Of a DNA stretch of 32,536 nucleotides, positions 31,519 to 32,536 are shown in pieces. Source of the stretch: Actinomycetota bacterium (GTDB taxonomy: Bacteria; Actinomycetota; Acidimicrobiia; Acidimicrobiales; Ilumatobacteraceae). The first letter of the stretch is position 1. Each line of letters opens with the position of its first letter. The notes under the pieces were generated by a model. It searched no databases. It was not told the DNA's origin and saw only the letters and a program-made list of their open reading frames with translations. The position numbers were made by a program, and so were the translations under genes. The stretch is from NCBI GenBank assembly GCA_046093905.1, contig JBJTGN010000056.1, positions 1 through 32,536 on the forward strand, read 5' to 3'.

Positions 31519-32498
31519 CCTCTCAGGCGTTCGTCCCACTCGCAGTTGCGGATCGAAGTGGACACGACGAATCGGTTCATGTCGGGGCTCTCGTTCTTCT
31601 CGATCGCAACGGCGAAGTGCTGCTCGCGCTCGGCGACCCACATGTCGAGATCTACCCGCGTTCGAGCCTGAAGCCGCTCCAGGCATGGTCGATGCTCGAA
31701 GCGGGCCTCGATCTCCCCGATGATCTTCTGGCACTCGTGTGTGCGAGTCATGACGGTCGAACCCTGCACCTCGACGGTGTGCGGCGGATTCTTGCAAGCG
31801 CCGATCTCGACGAATCCTCGCTCGCCAATACTCCTGACCTCCCACTTGCAGCAGACGAAGCTGAGCGAGTCTTGATGACTGGCGGACAGCGATCGTCGAT
31901 CCAACAGAACTGTTCAGGAAAACATGCGGGCATGCTTGCGACGTGTCGTCACAACGGATGGCCGATCGAGACGTACCTCGATATGTCGCATCCGCTTCAA
32001 CGAGCCATTGTCGAAGGTCTCGCACATCTGATTTCGCGGCCGACCATTGCGCACATCGGCATCGATGGATGCGGAGCTCCCACACATGTGCTGCAGTTGA
32101 TCGATCTGGCACGGGCATTCCGAGCGATCGCATCTGGTGCGGCGGGATCGTCAGGTGAGCGGATCGCTCGTGCGATGACGACTCACCCGGAAATGGTGGG
32201 AGGTCCGGGGCACGTCACCACCGCCCTCATGAGGGGCATTCCCGGTCTGGTGCTGAAAGACGGTGCCGAGGGGGTGTTCGCCGGTGCGCTTGCCGACGGA
32301 CGAGCGTTGGCCCTCAAGATCGGCGACGGCTCGAATCGAGCTCGCCCCCCTGTGATGCGTGTCGCACTGCGAGCACTCGACGTCGACATGTCGGGAATTG
32401 AAGAGGCGGTCTTCGAGTCTCCGGTGCTCGGTCACGGGCACCGTGTGGGTCAGGTACGTTGTGTCGGAGAGTTGGCGACATTCGTCGACACGTGTTGA
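31515..32498 (+). CDS. Asparaginase-II family protein (PF06089-like)
   Basis: ATGA overlap with the upstream stop. YPRSSLKPLQAW, CASHDGRTLHL and QNCSGKHAGMLATC match the rhizobial-type asparaginase family. Confidence 0.75.
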   Translation: MTSQAFVPLAVADRSGHDESVHVGALVLLDRNGEVLLALGDPHVEIYPRSSLKPLQAWSMLEAGLDLPDDLLALVCASHDGRTLHLDGVRRILASADLDESSLANTPDLPLAADEAERVLMTGGQRSSIQQNCSGKHAGMLATCRHNGWPIETYLDMSHPLQRAIVEGLAHLISRPTIAHIGIDGCGAPTHVLQLIDLARAFRAIASGAAGSSGERIARAMTTHPEMVGGPGHVTTALMRGIPGLVLKDGAEGVFAGALADGRALALKIGDGSNRARPPVMRVALRALDVDMSGIEEAVFESPVLGHGHRVGQVRCVGELATFVDTC

Positions 32499-32516
32499 CC
32501 GGGGAGGAGGGGCACG

Positions 32517-32536
32517 ATGGCCGGCATCCCATTCGT
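32517..32536 (+). CDS. Start of an unidentified CDS (MAGIPF..., runs off window)
   Basis: ATG 32517 is preceded by GGAGGAGG. Only 6 codons are visible. Confidence 0.3.

Noticed and set aside
1-32536. Search for a selenoprotein gene (two same-frame ORFs split by TGA, or a family member that looks truncated) to go with selC
   Set aside because: Every recognisable gene appears full-length for its family, and no adjacent same-frame ORF pair suggested a TGA read-through. The check was by eye only and is not exhaustive. A genome-wide scan is needed.

Overview
Gene-dense, high-GC window (about 60% by eye, not computed) with actinobacterial gene order. All homology calls are motif recognition by eye; no searches were run. 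ORF-track starts were trimmed where start/stop overlaps, SD sequences or family N-termini supported it.

Gene content, left to right:
- 1-8.9 kb: clpC 5' part; polyprenyl synthase; then a long minus-strand array of marR, sigH, rsrA, a small TM protein, tilS, a Cys-less PTP-fold protein, an atypical SDR, an alpha/beta hydrolase and a renalase-like oxidoreductase. A dienelactone-hydrolase-like gene and a DUF333 lipoprotein follow.
- 8.9-20.2 kb: tRNA-Thr(CGU), WS/DGAT, holB, tmk, topA, an MMPL transporter, rsgA and an FeS-type (6-4) photolyase.
- 20.2-23.6 kb: a Gram-positive-type tad/flp pilus operon (tadZ-tadA-tadB-tadC-flp-tadE).
- 24.0-32.5 kb: a group-2-like sigma-70 factor, BI-1/YccA with a CPBP protease, an epoxide hydrolase, a Cys-free DksA/TraR-like protein, cyclophilin, a C26 amidotransferase, a DUF2236/MpaB-like protein, an AI-2E transporter and an asparaginase-II family protein.

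Main findings:
- The strongest signal absent from the ORF track is a 93-nt tRNA with a UCA anticodon and tRNA-Sec architecture (selC, 23785-23877). No sel genes or selenoprotein gene are visible nearby.
- The last 15 nt of this tRNA plus 17 nt of flank are repeated exactly 57 bp downstream. A third degenerate copy follows. Each full copy folds into a strong hairpin. This looks like an att-like scar and/or twin terminators.
- The PTP-fold protein has HGxxxGxR in place of HCx5R (STYX-like).
- The adjacent SDR has YxxxL in place of YxxxK.
- tilS has no canonical start codon for its conserved N-terminus.
- A 24-aa hydrophobic mini-ORF lies upstream of tadZ.

No CRISPR array, transposase, integrase or recognisable defence genes were seen.
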